In this document: positions 62,209 through 64,000 of the stretch, one piece after another | How the letters are laid out: the number at the start of each line of letters is the position of its first letter | How positions within the stretch are numbered: the stretch's first letter is position 1 | DNA from: Nitrospirota bacterium | Lineage (GTDB): Bacteria; Nitrospirota; UBA9217 | DNA length: 64,000 nt | Assembly (NCBI GenBank): GCA_035623825.1 | Contig: DASPSR010000030.1 | Span: 1-64,000 of the forward strand | Direction: 5' to 3' | The notes under the pieces: generated by a model | The model's input: only the letters and a program-made list of their open reading frames with translations | Database searches by the model: none | What the model was told of the DNA's origin: nothing | Made by a program: the position numbers and the translations under genes

Positions 62209-62601
62209 ATGAAAACTATACTGTTGGTTGATAATAATCTCGCTTTTTTGTATGACATGGGAGAGGTTTTGAGCATGTTTGGATACAAGGTTATTCAAAA
62301 ACCTGATGCAGAATCCGCGCTATCCATCATTCAGAAAGGGGTAAGGGTTGATCTTGTAGTGACGGATTATCATATGCAAGGGATGAATGGCCATGAATTT
62401 CTTTATGCTCTCAAAAAGATTTTGCCATCTGTGCCGACAATTATGCTTACCGCACACGGATCCGTGGAGACCTATTTAAAATCTCTCAGCCTTGGCGTGT
62501 TCGAGCATCTCCATAAGCCGGTCGAAACAAAGGAATTGGGCCGTATCGTTGAGGCAGCACTCGAATGGTCAGATGCCGGTCATTCCTTGTCTGTTTCATG
62601 A
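62209..62601 (+). CDS. Stand-alone receiver protein
   Basis: ILLVDN, VTDYHM.GMNG, LTAHGSVETYLKSLSLG..KP. Confidence 0.85.
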   Translation: MKTILLVDNNLAFLYDMGEVLSMFGYKVIQKPDAESALSIIQKGVRVDLVVTDYHMQGMNGHEFLYALKKILPSVPTIMLTAHGSVETYLKSLSLGVFEHLHKPVETKELGRIVEAALEWSDAGHSLSVS

Positions 62602-63058
62602 TGTGGGGGATCAGCACTTTCGCCATGTGCTGACGAGACGGGCACCTCTTGCCTGTCCATGAACTTTTAAAGAAAGCTGTCGGTGTAAAATTTTTCTTCA
62701 CTTTTCACGCTATTTCCCTTCTCCAAATACTACCCCGGAAGGCCCGCCAATGATACCTGTTTTAGTTCACGCCTGAGAAAAATGCCGGGTTATGGAATTT
62801 TAAGTTTCCAAGTCTCGATAATTCTGCTATCGAGTCAAATTATAAAGACTGGAAGAGAAATACTGTAGGAAAGTATTATTTATGATATAGTATCTAACTA
62901 AGGGGCTTTATCCACTTTCACTTGACACATTATATCTAAATGAATAAATTACATCAAGAAAATACAGCCCAATCTCAACCGAGCGGAATGCAGTCGTTCA
63001 TTCGGCGTGATTGCCGTGCCGGGGTCGCCAGGAAGGAGATAGTGGACAGGTTATACTT

Positions 63059-63433
63059 ATGAAGACAATACTTCTGGTAGATGATGATCGAGACGTATTG
63101 AGTTACTTGGAGGACACCTTGGCCACGCTTGGCTACAATGTTATCCCAAAACCAGATGCAGCGTCTGCCCTGTCCGCCATCCGGGACGGGGCGAAAATTG
63201 ATCTTGTGGTGACGGATTACCGTATGCCGGGGATGGACGGCCATGAATTTTTCACTGCGCTCAAACAGGCGCTGCCGTCCGTTCCAGTAATTATACTCAC
63301 TGGACATGGCTCTGTGGAGACCTATTTGAAGTCTCTGAGCCTCGGGCTGTCAGATTATGTCAGTAAGCCTGTTGAGCCAAAGGAACTCGATCGTATTGTG
63401 AAAGCGGCGTTACGCAGGTCAGAGACGGAATGA
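63059..63433 (+). CDS. Stand-alone receiver protein, tandem paralog of 62209-62601
   Basis: ILLVDDD, VTDYRMPGMDG, LTGHGSVETYLKSLSLG..KP. Confidence 0.9.
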   Translation: MKTILLVDDDRDVLSYLEDTLATLGYNVIPKPDAASALSAIRDGAKIDLVVTDYRMPGMDGHEFFTALKQALPSVPVIILTGHGSVETYLKSLSLGLSDYVSKPVEPKELDRIVKAALRRSETE

Positions 63434-63622
63434 TTTTCATGCAGAGATAGAATATTCCACCATTCTATTTAAGTGGATAGGAGGACATATTCATATAGGT
63501 ACCACTTCCGGGATCTAGTAACCGCCTGATTTCTTTGATCAATTGTAGGTTCCAGTCGCGCTTCGGGAAGTTCATGATAATTAATGTCGCGTTTCCTTCA
63601 CGGCCCAGGTAGTGAGGGGGTA

Positions 63623-64000
63623 ATGTTGTTAATAAGAACCCTTACGATAATTACCCTACTCCTTATAATTGGCGGGTGTTCGACTACTCGCGTTGTCATG
63701 CTTTATGAATCGGCTAATTATCCACCGACCACCAATGTGGAAATTTTATCGGCAGCTCCAGACAGGCCGTGTAAAGCGATTGCTATACTGGAAACGACTG
63801 GACCAGCTAATACGCCGCTCCCCGATCTCTTGGAAAGCATGAGGCAAAAGGCTAAAGCTATTGGCGCTGACGCAATCATTCCGACACAAGAGGCAAGTCA
63901 GCGGCAGGTGCGGAATAGTCTGTATGTCCCATGGGTGAGTGAAGGTCAGAGTACGGATGCTGTCGTACCGAAGATACGGGGTATCGCAATTAAGTATCAA
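63623..64000 (+). CDS. Lipoprotein, YbjQ/dodecin-like (3'-truncated by window edge; not in ORF track)
   Basis: RBS GAGGGGG, MLLIRTLTIITLLLIIGGC lipobox, MRQKAKAIGADAII..GIAIKY. Open to the window end. Confidence 0.7.
   Translation, partial: MLLIRTLTIITLLLIIGGCSTTRVVMLYESANYPPTTNVEILSAAPDRPCKAIAILETTGPANTPLPDLLESMRQKAKAIGADAIIPTQEASQRQVRNSLYVPWVSEGQSTDAVVPKIRGIAIKYQ

Noticed and set aside
1-64000. CRISPR arrays, tRNA/rRNA genes, integrases, intact transposases
   Set aside because: No regularly spaced repeats, cloverleafs, rRNA-like segments or recombinase motifs were recognised by eye.

Overview
Gene-dense bacterial window. Gene content and style suggest Nitrospirota or a deltaproteobacterium, but this is an inference. 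It reads as a cell-envelope and stress-defence region. In order it holds: (1) an OprB-type porin, a heavy-metal-type two-component system with a duplicated regulator, and a CzcCBA-like RND pump; (2) a hopanoid cluster (hpnG, hpnI, hpnJ, hpnK, shc, hpnA, hpnH) interleaved with an Omp85 lipoprotein, an EamA protein, DUF116, a CruF-like protein and PagL; (3) a 7-heme cytochrome c; (4) baeSR-spy-mdtABC-yncE; (5) a mosaic segment with an orphan histidine kinase, gene remnants, a glmS with a sigma54 promoter that appears to have lost its stop codon through a 1-nt deletion, SulP, a rhodanese, and a DUF1573-like gene split by an in-frame TGA; (6) an ArnT-like transferase and an NtrC-type activator, followed by a sigma54 operon (receiver, HAD phosphatase, class III aminotransferase, ACP, FabF, Cys-nucleophile hydrolase); (7) MFS, USP, RHH and receiver genes. 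The best leads are the DUF1573-like gene, whose TGA falls in an S-U-G-C motif followed by a SECIS-like hairpin (candidate selenoprotein), and the uncharacterised sigma54-controlled amino-lipid-type operon. No rRNA, tRNA, CRISPR array or intact transposase was recognised. All family assignments come from motif recognition by eye, not from database searches.
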